Of a stretch of 64,000 nt of DNA, positions 63,078-64,000 are shown piece by piece (position 1 is the stretch's first letter; every line of letters starts with the position of its first letter). Source of the stretch: Balanoglossus misakiensis (taxonomy: Eukaryota > Animalia > Hemichordata); the NCBI GenBank assembly GCA_040954595.2, contig CM082586.2:10633337-10697336 (forward strand). The letters are read 5' to 3'. The position numbers and the translations under genes are program-made. A model generated the notes under the pieces. It saw nothing but the letters and a program-made list of their open reading frames with translations. It did no database searches and was not told where the DNA came from.

Positions 63078-64000
63078 TTTTATTAGCTCTGCTGTCACTT
63101 GTGTCAGCCGAGCTGTAGCAGTAGGTTGATAAATGTCTGTCCGTCGTCTGTCGTCCGTCATCCGTCGTCCGTCAACTTTTGGTATTTCAATCTTCTTCTA
63201 TAAAACTACTTGGCATATTTAGCTGAAATTTGGTTAGAATGTGTGTTATGGTGCCCTTACCTGATTTTGTTAATTTGGATTTGATCGGGTCATGAATATG
63301 CAAATTAGATCTAAAAATAAAATTTTTGGTAAAAAAATCTTCTTCTCCCTAACTACATGTACGATGGAGCTGAAATTTGGTAGGAATGTGTGTTATGGTG
63401 TCCCTACCTGATTTTTAGCTCTGCTGTCACTTGTGTCAGCCGAGCTGTAGCAGTAGGTTGATAAGTGTCCGTCCGTCGTCCGTCGTCTGTCGTCAGTCGT
63501 CTGTCGTCCGTCAACTTTTTGTATTTCAATCTTCTTCTTTAAAACAACTGGGCATATTTAGCTGAAATTTGGTTGGAATGTGTGTTATGGTGCCTTTAAC
63601 TGATTTTGTTAATTTGGATTTGATGGGGTCATGAATATGCAAATTAGATCTAAAAATAGAACTTTTGGTAAAAATCTTCTTCTCCACAACTACATGTGCA
63701 ATGGACCTGAAATTTGGCAGGAATGTGTGTTATGGTGCCCCTACCTGATTTTGTAAATTTGGATTTGATGGGGTCATAAATATGCAAATTAGATCTAAAA
63801 ATAGAATTTTGGTAAAAAATCTTCTTCTCCATAACTACATGTACAATGGAGCTGAAATTTGGTAGGAATGTGTGTTATGGTGCCCCTACCTGATTTTGTA
63901 AATTTGGATTTGATGGGGTCATAAAAATGCAAATTAGATCTAAAAATATAATTTTTGGTCAAACATTTTCTTCTCCCTAACTACATGTACGATGGAGCTG
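63078..64000 (+). mobile_element. Two stacked HINE/DINE-1-like elements (second head at ~63412) with a ~145-bp tandem core; runs off the window end
   Basis: The head TTAGCTCTGCTGTCACTTGTGTCAGCCGAGCTGTAGCAGTAGG occurs twice. CTGAAATTTGG recurs at ~63562, 63707 and 63852. Confidence 0.85.

Larger units (their letters stand above)
52280..63080. repeat. Nested macrosatellite: eight ~0.9-kb units, each containing a variable array of a 116-bp monomer
   Basis: Unit starts (GTGACCTCTGGCTTAC-like) are at ~52281, 54038, 54935, 56175, (57270, truncated), 60415, 61315, 62343. The monomer TTGGATATGTCTCTTGTTAAAAAGCACAACAGTCATG..ATGACCCTTGATCTAC has a 116-bp period. Confidence 0.95.

Noticed and set aside
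52764-63161. Recurrent ORFs such as AKIIKIFGLCPGS in the macrosatellite
   Set aside because: They are translations of non-coding repeat units with no conserved frame.

Overview
AT-rich animal genomic DNA, probably from an invertebrate (inferred from GT-AG introns, cbEGF exons and Helentron/HINE-type repeats). I found no intact protein-coding gene. (1) 1-11520 is a ~131-bp satellite with 24-mer (3151 bp) and 16-mer (2107 bp) higher-order repeats, decaying into monomeric copies towards its edge. (2) 11.6-21 kb is a field of MITEs and TIR elements, one enclosing a spliced, frameshifted BEN-domain-like gene. (3) 21157-42887 is a degenerate multi-exon gene with Q/P/S-rich exons, four phase-1 cbEGF exons and poly-Q exons. 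(4) One of its introns holds an 11-kb Academ(X)-type DNA transposon (24815-35789, 32-bp TIRs, TGTA TSD). Its decayed polyprotein reads Zn-finger, DDE transposase with an in-frame OTU-like cysteine protease inside it, XPG/FEN-like nuclease, Cys-rich CXC tail. Five insertions interrupt it. (5) 52280-63100 is a ~0.9-kb macro-repeat whose internal 116-bp module is amplified 9,1,4,1,21,1,3,1 times. It is duplicated at a ~6.3-kb scale and interrupted by HINE-type elements. The strongest novelty candidate is the OTU-bearing Academ element. All family assignments come from motif reading by eye, with no database search.
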